Below are positions 29,889 to 39,750 of a stretch of DNA of 64,000 nucleotides, in pieces. The position numbers and the translations under genes are program-made. The notes beneath the pieces were generated by a model. It did no database searches and was not told the origin of the DNA. It worked only from the letters and a program-made list of their open reading frames with translations. The number at the start of each line of letters is the position of its first letter. Positions within the stretch are counted from its first letter, which is position 1. The DNA lies in the NCBI GenBank assembly GCA_019057795.1, contig JAHLWS010000069.1:1-64000 (forward strand), read 5' to 3'. The DNA is from Promethearchaeota archaeon. Its GTDB lineage: Archaea; Asgardarchaeota; Lokiarchaeia; Sigyniarchaeales; SOKP01.

Positions 29889-30728
29889 TTATTGCTGGAG
29901 GTTTTTAATAAACTCGCATATTAACAGATTAATTCTATCCTTACGTTGAGCTGGGGCAAAATGTCCCGCTATATCAATAATTTCAAGCTTAGAATTTGGA
30001 ATCATTTTATGGAGTTCTTCCGACATTTGTTCGGGAGCAAAATTATCTAATCTTCCACCAATAATCAGCGTGGGGCACTTAATTCCAGAGGGATCGTATT
30101 CATTAATCTCATTTATCATACTAAATATCTGATCTTCAATAAGCATATACAATTCGTCTTTAGTCATTCTCGATCCATTTAAAGAGTCAGATAACGAAGT
30201 TAAAATATAGGGTATAATTTTATCTAAAATATCCTCTACAGAATTGGCAACCACATCCAAAAAATTTATACGGATAAAATATGGAAGCAGGTTGTAAAAA
30301 ATATTTCTAACTACATTATCAATCATTATGTATCCTGAATTTAACAAAATTAAGAATTCTACATCATCCGGATATTTCATACAAACTAATTGTCCGATCA
30401 TACCTCCAACCAGAGAATGTCCAATAATTCCATATTTTTCATTTACGCCTAAATTCTCTAATAAATCCTCTAGATCTCTTATGATATCGTACCTTAAATT
30501 CTTAGAAAGATTTATTTCTACAGGATGATCGCTCCTCCCATGCCCTAACGCATCAAAAGCTATGATACGGTAGTTTTCTCTTAACATTTGTATTTGCCCT
30601 TTGAAAAATGAAGCTGAAGAGGCGAAACCATGAAGTAAAATAATCGTACCTTCGTTTTTATCTTTAAATTCGCCGTTGATATCTTCGTAATACAGGTTAT
30701 AACCTTCTTGGTTTTTAAAGAAGGGCAT
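29889..30728 (-). CDS. Alpha/beta fold hydrolase
   Basis: LHGF, DALGHGRS, GHSLVGG, GRLD, AGH. Confidence 0.88.
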   Translation of the reverse strand: MPFFKNQEGYNLYYEDINGEFKDKNEGTIILLHGFASSASFFKGQIQMLRENYRIIAFDALGHGRSDHPVEINLSKNLRYDIIRDLEDLLENLGVNEKYGIIGHSLVGGMIGQLVCMKYPDDVEFLILLNSGYIMIDNVVRNIFYNLLPYFIRINFLDVVANSVEDILDKIIPYILTSLSDSLNGSRMTKDELYMLIEDQIFSMINEINEYDPSGIKCPTLIIGGRLDNFAPEQMSEELHKMIPNSKLEIIDIAGHFAPAQRKDRINLLICEFIKNLQQ

Positions 30729-30918
30729 GGTATCAAAATTTTATTTATTGGGTTTAATTTTGTGAATTAAAGTACAAACAAATACTTTTCTAAAATGAAA
30801 ATCATTTAAATTTAGAAGGTTATTCTGAAAAATTTAAAGAACTACTATTCAGAAAGAAGAAATTTCGTGAACTATTTTCATATATATTAACTTTACTTAA
30901 AAATAGAGAAAAAAAAAA

Positions 30919-32382
30919 TTATAGGTTTTTTGTTATTCGTTTTTTGTCATTAATTTCAAGTACTGTGGACATGAATATTCTCCCCAATTTTTTGTATATT
31001 TTTGAATTTTCTTTATTTGGGTTTTTAACATCAGCAAATCTTACCATTTTTTCAATTGCATCTTCGATACTGTTAAATTTACCAAGTCCACAGAAACCTA
31101 GAATTGCGGCTCCTAAAGCAGCACCGTCTTTGATTTCTGGAATTATTACTTTCTTGATCATAACATCTGCAACCATTTGTGCCCAAAAATCACTATTCAT
31201 ACCGCCTCCATCTACTTTTAACTCATCTATTTTAACTTTTCCCATACCTTCTAATATATTTAGGTACATTTGAGCACTTAAAACAGCAGATTCCATTATA
31301 GCTCTAATCATGTGACCTCTTGTATGATTTAAGCTTAATCCATGAATTGTCCCTTTTCTGAATATATACAACGGAATAAATAACAAACCTGCGCTTCCGG
31401 GACTAATCTGTTCTGCTTCTTTTGTTAAAATATCGTAAATATTTCTATTTAATTCCTCAGATTCTTTGACTTGAAGTTGTGAGAAATTGTCTTTAAACCA
31501 TTTCAAGGCCGTCCCAGTTCCCGGCATAGTGCCTTCTATAAACCACTTTCCCTTAATAACATGTGGTAAGGAGAAAATTGGCACATCCCCAGCAGGTTTC
31601 ATAGGTCCATCAACAATTAAATCCACAAATGTCCCCGTTCCAAAGGTCACCTTTGCTTGCCCTTTATTAATTACTCCTAAACTTAAAGCAGCGCATTGTT
31701 GATCTCCGCCTCCCATTATTATTGGTATAGATGGATTTAAACCTAAACTTTTTGCAGCTTCATCTGTTAACTTACCAATTATTTCACCGGGAGTATGAAG
31801 TTCAGGCCATAAATTTAGTGGCATATCGTATAGATCAGCAAGACCAGCGTCCCATTGCAATGTATCCATATTTAAGATACCATATATTCCATTCGTGGGG
31901 TCTGTAACGCACGCTCCACATAATTTCATGTAAATATACGAGTCTGTGGAAATTATTTTAAAAGTTTTATTATATAATTCAGATTCGTTATTTTTCAACC
32001 AGAGTATTTTTGGGATTGCTCTTCGTAATTCTCCCTCTTCTTGGAATCCTTTAAAATCCGTAATTTCTCGTTCGTCCATCCATGTAAGCGCAGGATGCAA
32101 TACTTCACCATTTATATCAATGATAGTCGTAGTTGCCCTTTGAAAGGCTGCTGAAATTCCAATTATGTCATTTGGGTCTATTACTCCACTTTTTATAATT
32201 TTGTTACAAGTACTTTTGACAGCATTCCACCATATTATTGGGTCCTGCTCTGAGATTCCAATTGGTTGTTCTACAACGGGATACTCTTCATAAGCCCGAG
32301 CTATTTCTTTCCCGTTTATATCGAAAATCATTGTTCTTGTACCTGTTGTTCCAACATCAAAAACACATATTAAATCGCTCAT
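30919..32382 (-). CDS. FGGY-family carbohydrate kinase (xylulose/glycerol kinase-like)
   Basis: DVGTTGTR, EQDP, GGDQQCA, GTGTF, DGGG, ALGAA. Confidence 0.9.
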   Translation of the reverse strand: MSDLICVFDVGTTGTRTMIFDINGKEIARAYEEYPVVEQPIGISEQDPIIWWNAVKSTCNKIIKSGVIDPNDIIGISAAFQRATTTIIDINGEVLHPALTWMDEREITDFKGFQEEGELRRAIPKILWLKNNESELYNKTFKIISTDSYIYMKLCGACVTDPTNGIYGILNMDTLQWDAGLADLYDMPLNLWPELHTPGEIIGKLTDEAAKSLGLNPSIPIIMGGGDQQCAALSLGVINKGQAKVTFGTGTFVDLIVDGPMKPAGDVPIFSLPHVIKGKWFIEGTMPGTGTALKWFKDNFSQLQVKESEELNRNIYDILTKEAEQISPGSAGLLFIPLYIFRKGTIHGLSLNHTRGHMIRAIMESAVLSAQMYLNILEGMGKVKIDELKVDGGGMNSDFWAQMVADVMIKKVIIPEIKDGAALGAAILGFCGLGKFNSIEDAIEKMVRFADVKNPNKENSKIYKKLGRIFMSTVLEINDKKRITKNL

Positions 32383-32437
32383 TTAATCACTTTAAAAATA
32401 TATTTTAAATAAATTAATTAAAAATAATTTTTTCATA

Positions 32438-33712
32438 TTAAAGTACTTTATTTAATAATTCAGACACGTCTACTATTTTAATCTTTTCTTTTTCATCTTC
32501 TTCAAGTCCATAAGCCAAGCCTAATTCACATAATGGACATGCAGAAACAAAAACTTCTGCTCCCGTTTCCTTTAACTCATTGACTCTATTAGAAGCCTGT
32601 TTAATCGCTAAATCTTTATCGGCCCAATGAGCTGTACCACTCCAACCACAACAATGTACGTATTCTTTAGTATATGTTGGTTCTACCAATTCCAGACTTG
32701 GAATCTTACCAAGGATGTCTCTAATAGATGAAGTATCGTTCATATTTCTAGCAATAAGACAAGGATCGTGGATCGTTACTTTTTTCAAATCATCAGGTAT
32801 ATTTTTTGTTGGCTCGATTTTACCTTCGTCTAACAATTTTTTGATGTATTTTGCTATATGAATTATTTTTTTATCGATTTTAATTCCCGCGCTTTCGTAT
32901 CTTTTGGTTAATGTTAAAATACAACCAGGGCAATCTGATACAACAACATTGGCGCCCGTAGATTCAATCAATTCCTTGTTTTTATTAGCAAATCCTTTCG
33001 CTGTTTCAAAATCTCTTATATTAAATGCTGGGCCCCCACAACATACTTTTTTATCGAGATTGGTGGAAAATTTTACTCCTGCTTTTTTAAGAATTTCAAT
33101 GTTTGCCTTTATTACTTCTGGGAACTTCATTGACTCGCAACCAATATAATAATAAACCTCGTCATTACCGTCAGTTTCAACATTTTCAATCCCTTTTTCT
33201 TTATAGGTTTCGTAAATGTTGTACCCTTCAATTGTGTTTGAGCTTTTTAATTTATCAATTTGCTCCTTACAATAATCAGGCATTAATCCTTTATCGTTTA
33301 GATCGTCTCTTACAGTTTCTAACAAAGAAACAACTGAAAAGTCAAAAGGACACCAAATTTTACAACTCTCTTCGTTGGAACACATATACATAAGATCAAT
33401 AAATGCTTTATTTTCTTCCTTTGTAGGATCTATTTTCCCTATTGACAGATAATATCCAATTCGTGCTTTATAAGCGGGACTCATAGTTTCTGATTGCGAA
33501 GCTTGAAGCGTACCACAGTCAAACCTGCACATATTTGGACAAAGCATACATTTAATTAAATTACCAATATCTGCTTTATATTCTCCTTTAGGGTAAAAGT
33601 TCTTCTTTGTTGAGCGCATATTTTTCATTAGAATTGCTTTAATATCCCTATCTGCTTTACTAAGGAGTGGAAGCATCCATTTATACTTTTTTAATGTTTC
33701 GAAAGCACCCAT
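32438..33712 (-). CDS. Fe-S oxidoreductase with CCG domains (GlcF/GlpC/HdrD-like)
   Basis: CMLCPNMCRFDC, CCGG, DCPGC, HDPC, CCGW, ACPLC. Confidence 0.85.
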   Translation of the reverse strand: MGAFETLKKYKWMLPLLSKADRDIKAILMKNMRSTKKNFYPKGEYKADIGNLIKCMLCPNMCRFDCGTLQASQSETMSPAYKARIGYYLSIGKIDPTKEENKAFIDLMYMCSNEESCKIWCPFDFSVVSLLETVRDDLNDKGLMPDYCKEQIDKLKSSNTIEGYNIYETYKEKGIENVETDGNDEVYYYIGCESMKFPEVIKANIEILKKAGVKFSTNLDKKVCCGGPAFNIRDFETAKGFANKNKELIESTGANVVVSDCPGCILTLTKRYESAGIKIDKKIIHIAKYIKKLLDEGKIEPTKNIPDDLKKVTIHDPCLIARNMNDTSSIRDILGKIPSLELVEPTYTKEYVHCCGWSGTAHWADKDLAIKQASNRVNELKETGAEVFVSACPLCELGLAYGLEEDEKEKIKIVDVSELLNKVL

Positions 33713-35191
33713 TCATTTTTCGCCTCTCTTCCATGTATCCACATAAATTTTACCTGGATTTAAAATATTATTAGGATCTAAGAGTTTTTTAATTTCTTTC
33801 ATAGTTTTCAGAGATTCCCCCCATTCTTCAGCCATCCAATGAGATCTATTAATACCTACTCCATGATGGTGCCCAATGGAACCCCCAGCGTCTAAAACTG
33901 CTTTAATTGTTGAATTCCAACAATTTTGATAAAATTCAAGATCAGATGTACCTTTAGGAGGGACACCTCCAAACGTAAAATAGATACCAATGCCATTTGG
34001 ATAAAAGTGTGAAACATGAGCCGTTATTAGTAGATTACCTTTTACCTTGCCCGTTGCTTCTAATACGGAATAATATAACTTTGTTGCGTTCTCCCATAAA
34101 GAAGCGACTTCAATAGTATCAAAGACTAATTTATAAGCAGGCATCGAAGAAGTTTCGGTAACTTTAAATCTAGTTTCAAACCAATGTTCTACCGGAGCCT
34201 CTCCGCAATCTATCCCAAGATTTTTCTCACATTTTTCTCTTGTGATTATCTCTTCTAAATCAACTAGTTTTTGGTTTCCTTCACAAACGAAAATAACCAT
34301 TACTTTATCTTTCGCATTTTCAACTTCGCCAAAATGCCTATTAGTTTCTGATTGGTCGTAAATTCTGATAACCGCAGGATTCATATTCTCCCTTAAAATT
34401 TCTCTTACAGCTTCAAAAGAGGCTTCAATTGAAGGAAATGTGTATGATATTAATGTTCTTTTTTCCGGAATAGGCCATATTTTCAATGTTGCTTGTGTAA
34501 CTATCCCTAAGGTTCCTTCTCCTCCTATAAATAATTTATCAAGTAAAGGTCCTGTTGATGCTCCTGCAATCGTTTTGAATTTGATAAGGTCGCCTTGTGG
34601 TAATATTACATCCATACCTAAAACTATATCTTCAATTTTACCATATTTGGTTGAAAATTGACCCGCTGCTCTATGAGCAATCCAACCACCTAGTGAAGAT
34701 GTGTAAAGAGATTGTGGTATGTGCCCCGTAGTATATCCTTTAGCCTCCAAAAACCTTTCTAAATTCATTCCATTAATTCCAGCTTGAGCGGTTACCGTTA
34801 AATTTTTCTCGTTTATATCCACGATCTTGTTAAACTTTTTCATATCAAGAATTATACCCCCATAAATAGGTATAGCGCCTCCAACAACTCCAGAACCCTC
34901 AGCAAATGGAATTACAGGGATTTTCTCTAGATTTGCTAGCTTTAAAATTTCTGAAATTTGAATGACATTTTCTGGCCAAGTTATAAAATCAGGTAAACCT
35001 GCAATTATTCCTTGTATTGTCCAATTCAAAGCTATCATCGAAGTGTCTTTTGTATAAGCCAATAAGTCCACTTCTTCAGTCGAAACATTTTTTTCTCCGA
35101 TAATCTCAATTAGTTTTAACTTAATGTTTGACTTATTTTTAATTTCAGAGCGATTTTCCTTATATATTATTTCAAAATCTTTAAAATCCAT
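33713..35191 (-). CDS. FAD-linked oxidase, alkyl-DHAP synthase (AGPS)/YgcU-like
   Basis: GSGVVGG, GHIPQS...SLGGW, GQFSTKYGKIED, GGEGTLG, HHHGVG, DPNNILNPGK. Confidence 0.85.
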   Translation of the reverse strand: MDFKDFEIIYKENRSEIKNKSNIKLKLIEIIGEKNVSTEEVDLLAYTKDTSMIALNWTIQGIIAGLPDFITWPENVIQISEILKLANLEKIPVIPFAEGSGVVGGAIPIYGGIILDMKKFNKIVDINEKNLTVTAQAGINGMNLERFLEAKGYTTGHIPQSLYTSSLGGWIAHRAAGQFSTKYGKIEDIVLGMDVILPQGDLIKFKTIAGASTGPLLDKLFIGGEGTLGIVTQATLKIWPIPEKRTLISYTFPSIEASFEAVREILRENMNPAVIRIYDQSETNRHFGEVENAKDKVMVIFVCEGNQKLVDLEEIITREKCEKNLGIDCGEAPVEHWFETRFKVTETSSMPAYKLVFDTIEVASLWENATKLYYSVLEATGKVKGNLLITAHVSHFYPNGIGIYFTFGGVPPKGTSDLEFYQNCWNSTIKAVLDAGGSIGHHHGVGINRSHWMAEEWGESLKTMKEIKKLLDPNNILNPGKIYVDTWKRGEK

Positions 35192-35316
35192 ATAAAATCA
35201 GTATTTAATTTATGGTTTGTTATCATAGTAAAATGATTAGAATTAATTTAAAATTTCTACTTTTATTAATATTCTAACACTATTTGTAACAAAAACTACG
35301 AGAAAAAGCGTGTAAA

Positions 35317-36801
35317 TTAATAAAATGTTTCTCCTGTAATTCTATTCACCTTTAAATGTCTAAACCTAGCTTGAGTTTTAATCAGCTCCATATTTAAAGA
35401 TACTTTCTCTACAACCTCGGGGGGAAATAAATATTTAGCCAGTTGAATAATCATCTGTCGAGTTTCAATACAATTAAATAATTTAAGAATTTCTAATGCG
35501 TAAAACAGCTCGGAAATTAAATCAAAATTCATATCTGCTGAAAACTCAAGAAGTTCTAAATTTCTATAAATTCTAGATATTATACTTGATAAAAGGTCGT
35601 AGTCTTTTACCCTTTCTAAAGTATTTCTCATATAATTACAAAATAATACGTAATAAGTCGCTTCAGATGAAATAAAGCCATCTCTATATTGCTTTATTCC
35701 TTCCGGTGTTATTCTATGTTCTAATTCTTCCAATATTGCATAAATATTGTCTTCTATGTTACGAGCACGAATAAGATTATAAATTTTTAAGATTACAACT
35801 AGTTGAGATGTTTCTAAATTCTTTAGATAAGATTGCTCGAAATATTTAGAATCAGCTTCTATTAAACTATTAAGTTGAGAATTTGTAAGCCACAATTTCA
35901 TAAATTGTGTAGCTTTTAATAGGTAATATACTCCATCAGTAGCTTGTACTAAGGGTGCTTCAAACTCATCTATCCCTTCTTCATATAAATCCATTAAAAA
36001 ATTCTTAATTTTATCTTTGTCTAATTTTAGATTAAAAAGGTTTGCTAAATAAATCCCACAAAAATAGAGGTCAGGATTTTTTAAAGTAACAAGCGGAATT
36101 GTAACCAACCACTCACTCATATTATTCAAAATGTATTCTTTAATATGAGAAAAATCAAATCTCCTTTCTAAGTGGAAAAAGCTAATTATACGGTCTATTA
36201 AATATAAAAGTTGTAATTTTTCTTTTGGATCCTCTAAATCTTCTAAAACCTCAATTCTTTTTTTATTTCCAATTAATTTCTTTACGAATCGCTCTTGAAT
36301 TTGAAGATATTTCTTCAAATTTTCTTTTTTTTCTGGATGTTTATTAATTAGATCTTTTAAATTTCTCAATTCAACTATAAATTCTAAACTCAGAAAATCT
36401 TTTGATTTCAAATTTAGTATAATTGGATTAACATTAATATCAACTAAATAATCTACAACTTTTTCTAAAAAAATCTCATACATAATAGGTGCTATTTTTA
36501 TATCGTAAATTTCATGAATAGAAGAAATTTTACAATTACCATTAGGATTAATCTCAAAGAAAAGGTCTAAAAATTTATTTTCTATTTCTTCTAGCTCAAA
36601 TTCCATTTCTAGTAAATCTGCTTTGATAAAATCTAAAATTTCAGCAAATCTATTATCCAAATTATCTATTTCAATTTTCTTCATTTTAACATAATTATAA
36701 ATTCTTTCGCGAAAAAATTGGTCTACCCTATTATAAAAAGAATCAACATTGTCGAGGTATAAACTAAAAATGTTAAATAATCCTTGAAAAATCATTGACA
36801 A
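35317..36801 (-). CDS. Hypothetical helical protein; C-terminal half possibly a prenyltransferase-like alpha/alpha barrel
   Basis: 494-aa ORF; recurring YF/YY helix motifs (LYFCG, GVYY, EATYY, LFYAL). Confidence 0.6.
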   Translation of the reverse strand: MSMIFQGLFNIFSLYLDNVDSFYNRVDQFFRERIYNYVKMKKIEIDNLDNRFAEILDFIKADLLEMEFELEEIENKFLDLFFEINPNGNCKISSIHEIYDIKIAPIMYEIFLEKVVDYLVDINVNPIILNLKSKDFLSLEFIVELRNLKDLINKHPEKKENLKKYLQIQERFVKKLIGNKKRIEVLEDLEDPKEKLQLLYLIDRIISFFHLERRFDFSHIKEYILNNMSEWLVTIPLVTLKNPDLYFCGIYLANLFNLKLDKDKIKNFLMDLYEEGIDEFEAPLVQATDGVYYLLKATQFMKLWLTNSQLNSLIEADSKYFEQSYLKNLETSQLVVILKIYNLIRARNIEDNIYAILEELEHRITPEGIKQYRDGFISSEATYYVLFCNYMRNTLERVKDYDLLSSIISRIYRNLELLEFSADMNFDLISELFYALEILKLFNCIETRQMIIQLAKYLFPPEVVEKVSLNMELIKTQARFRHLKVNRITGETFY

Positions 36802-37171
36802 CTACCCGAAATTTTAATACCAGTTTTAATTATAGCTATACTCAATATATTTTATAGAATATATGGAAGAACAGAAATTAATATTTTATTCTTATTTCAA
36901 TAAAATGAAAATATTTGCCGATTATTATTTAATTAGGCGGTTATATTTAAGTATGAAATTTATCAAAAAAAAATTAAAAATGATAATAGGTTCTTAATGT
37001 CTTTAATTTAAAATTTATAATTTTAACTCGTAATAAAAATCCTTCTATGAAATTAAAGATTTGACCATTTGAATTTTAACCTTAATGGATACTTAAAATT
37101 CGAAAAAATTACTTCATAAAATTTAAAATTAAAGAATAATCTATATATATAAGATAATTTTTAAGGAAACG

Positions 37172-38608
37172 ATGAAAAATATGACTTCAAATATATTTGG
37201 TACTTCAGGCATAAGAAAGGTGTTCCAAAATTATAGCGAGACAGATCTCATGTTTACGCCGCAAATGGCTTTAGATGTGGGATTGGCGTTGGGCACATAT
37301 TTAAAAGGTAAAGGAATCGTAGTTATCGGGAAGGATATTAGAACTTCTGCTTTACCAATAGAATATTCATTAATCTCAGGGATTTTAAGTACGGGATGTA
37401 ATGTGAAAACATTAGGAATTGTAACTACGCCCACATTAGCAATGTCTTTACGATATCTAAAAGGGGATGCTGGTGTTGAAATCACAGCCTCTCATAATAC
37501 TCCCGAATACATCGGGCTCAAGTTATGGAATCCTTCAGGTATAGGGTATTCCCACGAGCAAGAAGATGAAATTTCGCGAATATATGACGAGAAGGATTTT
37601 CTTGATATCAAATGGGATCAAATTGGAAGAGTTACTCAGGTTAATGATATTAACGATAAACACATTTCAGATATAATGGATCGTATAGCATTTGATGGGA
37701 GTAAACTTAATGTTATAGTTGACCCTGGAAACGGAGCAGGATGTGAAATTGTCCCAAGGTTATTAAGTGCTTACAATGTAAATATTATTACCATAAATGC
37801 GCAGATGGATGGTAAATTCCCTGGAAGAAATTCAGAACCTAGCGAAAAAAATTTGATTCAGATTTCCAAATTTCTGAAAATATCAACACAAGAAGATATT
37901 GGAATAGCGCTAGACGGGGATGCTGATAGAGTTATTTTCTTAGATGAAACTGGTGAGATTGTCGATCCAGTTAGGTTATTAGCCCTCTTGGCGAAATATT
38001 ATATACAAAATAATAAAAATAAAATTTCATTGAATGATATGAAAATATCTACTCCAGTAAACTCATCTAGCTTAATTGAAGATGTGTTACAACCGCTAGG
38101 TTGCGAAGTAATAAGAACTGAGGTCGGAGATATTCAAGTAGCTCAAGCTTTACAGAAGAATGGGGGATTCTTAGGTGGAGAAACTTCAGGTACTTATATT
38201 TGGCCCAGCTTCCATTTAGGTCCAGATTCAATAGTCACAATTGGATTAGTATTGCAAATGATAGTCAAAACAGGAAAAAATTTAATAGAATTATTGAAAG
38301 AAATACCAAAATATCCCTACTACCGTAAACAATTTCAGCTTATAAAAGACATTCCCTTTACTGATGAGATAAACCAAAAAATTATTACTGAGATGAAAGA
38401 GAGCTTCGAATCTATGGGAAAAGTTTTAAAATCTATTAATAAAATGGACGGTTGTCGATTCGATTACGATAATGGATGGATTTTAATAAGACGTTCAGGA
38501 ACTAGCCCATATTTAAGAATTTCTGGTGAATCTAGTGTCGATATAAATCAATCAATTGAAATGAATAAAATAGCAGAAGAAAAAATGAAGAAATTAAATT
38601 TAATATAA
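37172..38608 (+). CDS. glmM: Phosphoglucosamine mutase / phosphohexomutase
   Basis: FGTSGIR, TASHN, DGDADR, GGETSG, RRSGTSP. Confidence 0.88.
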   Translation: MKNMTSNIFGTSGIRKVFQNYSETDLMFTPQMALDVGLALGTYLKGKGIVVIGKDIRTSALPIEYSLISGILSTGCNVKTLGIVTTPTLAMSLRYLKGDAGVEITASHNTPEYIGLKLWNPSGIGYSHEQEDEISRIYDEKDFLDIKWDQIGRVTQVNDINDKHISDIMDRIAFDGSKLNVIVDPGNGAGCEIVPRLLSAYNVNIITINAQMDGKFPGRNSEPSEKNLIQISKFLKISTQEDIGIALDGDADRVIFLDETGEIVDPVRLLALLAKYYIQNNKNKISLNDMKISTPVNSSSLIEDVLQPLGCEVIRTEVGDIQVAQALQKNGGFLGGETSGTYIWPSFHLGPDSIVTIGLVLQMIVKTGKNLIELLKEIPKYPYYRKQFQLIKDIPFTDEINQKIITEMKESFESMGKVLKSINKMDGCRFDYDNGWILIRRSGTSPYLRISGESSVDINQSIEMNKIAEEKMKKLNLI

Positions 38609-38642
38609 AGCTTTTCTAAAGCATCTATTTTTTTATGTGGAA

Positions 38643-39605
38643 TTAACTGTTTCTAATTTCTATTTCTATTCCTTTTTGTTCAAGCTTTTTTTTGTTAGCA
38701 AGAAGTTCTCGACCAGCGATTTTGTCTAATACATAGGTCAGATTACCACCATTATTTGAATATATCTGCCCATAAGAAATTGGAATATCTGGAGTTGGAT
38801 CATTTAATAACGATTTGGTGACTGATTCAACCTTACGTTCGCCATTAGCCAACAGAATTACTGCCTTTGCTTTATATACTAATTCAGCCCCCATACTGAT
38901 TGCATACTGAGGGGACTCTTCTTTTGTAGCGAAATGACCATCTGTCACAGCATTTTCTACAGTGTTATCGTCAAGTTTTACTAATAAAACGTTACTCCCT
39001 TCAAAAGGGATTCCTGATTCATGAAAAGCAACATGACCACGACCTCCAACGCCTATTATATGTAAATCAATACCACCAGCATCTGTAATTTTTTGAACAT
39101 ACCCTTCTAGTATTGTTTTTTGAATCCACTTTAAATAATCTGACACCGGATTTTCTTTAATAGATATCGATTTACCTGCATCTGTACCCAATTCACTCCA
39201 GTCTTCTGGATTTGCGTCAAGTTCATTTATTAATTGTTTTTGATCAATCAAACAACCATAAGGGACCGAGGTCTCGATGAATTTTTTATCAAGAAGCCCA
39301 AAAAATTCTTGAATCATAAAATAACAATAACTCTCTGGATGTAGCATTCGTTGTTGAGCATTTTCACCAGGGAGACCTACATATTCATCAAGATTAAAGC
39401 TACGAATTCGAGTACTATCAAATTCACCAGAATTAGCCATCCGAGCTAAATTTTTATACATCCCGGTAGGTGAATTTCCTGTTGCAAGCCCTAAAACATA
39501 TTCACCCTTGTCTTGTAATCCTTGGATGATATGTTCTTTTACGATTTCTGCTGCAACCTTACTTAGTTGTTCAAAATTATCTGTTACAAATACTTTAATC
39601 GCCAT
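38643..39605 (-). CDS. nagB: Glucosamine-6-phosphate deaminase
   Basis: LGLATGNSP, FNLDEYVGL, GGIDL.IIGVG..GHVAFHE, AISMG. Confidence 0.88.
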   Translation of the reverse strand: MAIKVFVTDNFEQLSKVAAEIVKEHIIQGLQDKGEYVLGLATGNSPTGMYKNLARMANSGEFDSTRIRSFNLDEYVGLPGENAQQRMLHPESYCYFMIQEFFGLLDKKFIETSVPYGCLIDQKQLINELDANPEDWSELGTDAGKSISIKENPVSDYLKWIQKTILEGYVQKITDAGGIDLHIIGVGGRGHVAFHESGIPFEGSNVLLVKLDDNTVENAVTDGHFATKEESPQYAISMGAELVYKAKAVILLANGERKVESVTKSLLNDPTPDIPISYGQIYSNNGGNLTYVLDKIAGRELLANKKKLEQKGIEIEIRNS

Positions 39606-39750
39606 TAAAAATACTTCTAAAATTTATTTTAAACTAAAAAAAGGTTTACATAATAAAAATTTAATTATATGAACTTCTTGGATTATATTTGTTATATCTT
39701 CGTTCGGGAACAAAAATATTTTTATTCCTTTCATTCTTTTCTATTTTTAA

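Noticed and set aside
37210-37260. Short insertion in the GlmM N-terminus as a second BHB intron
   Set aside because: No stop or frameshift, and I could not build a 3-4-3 BHB. A computational scan is needed to exclude silent introns elsewhere.
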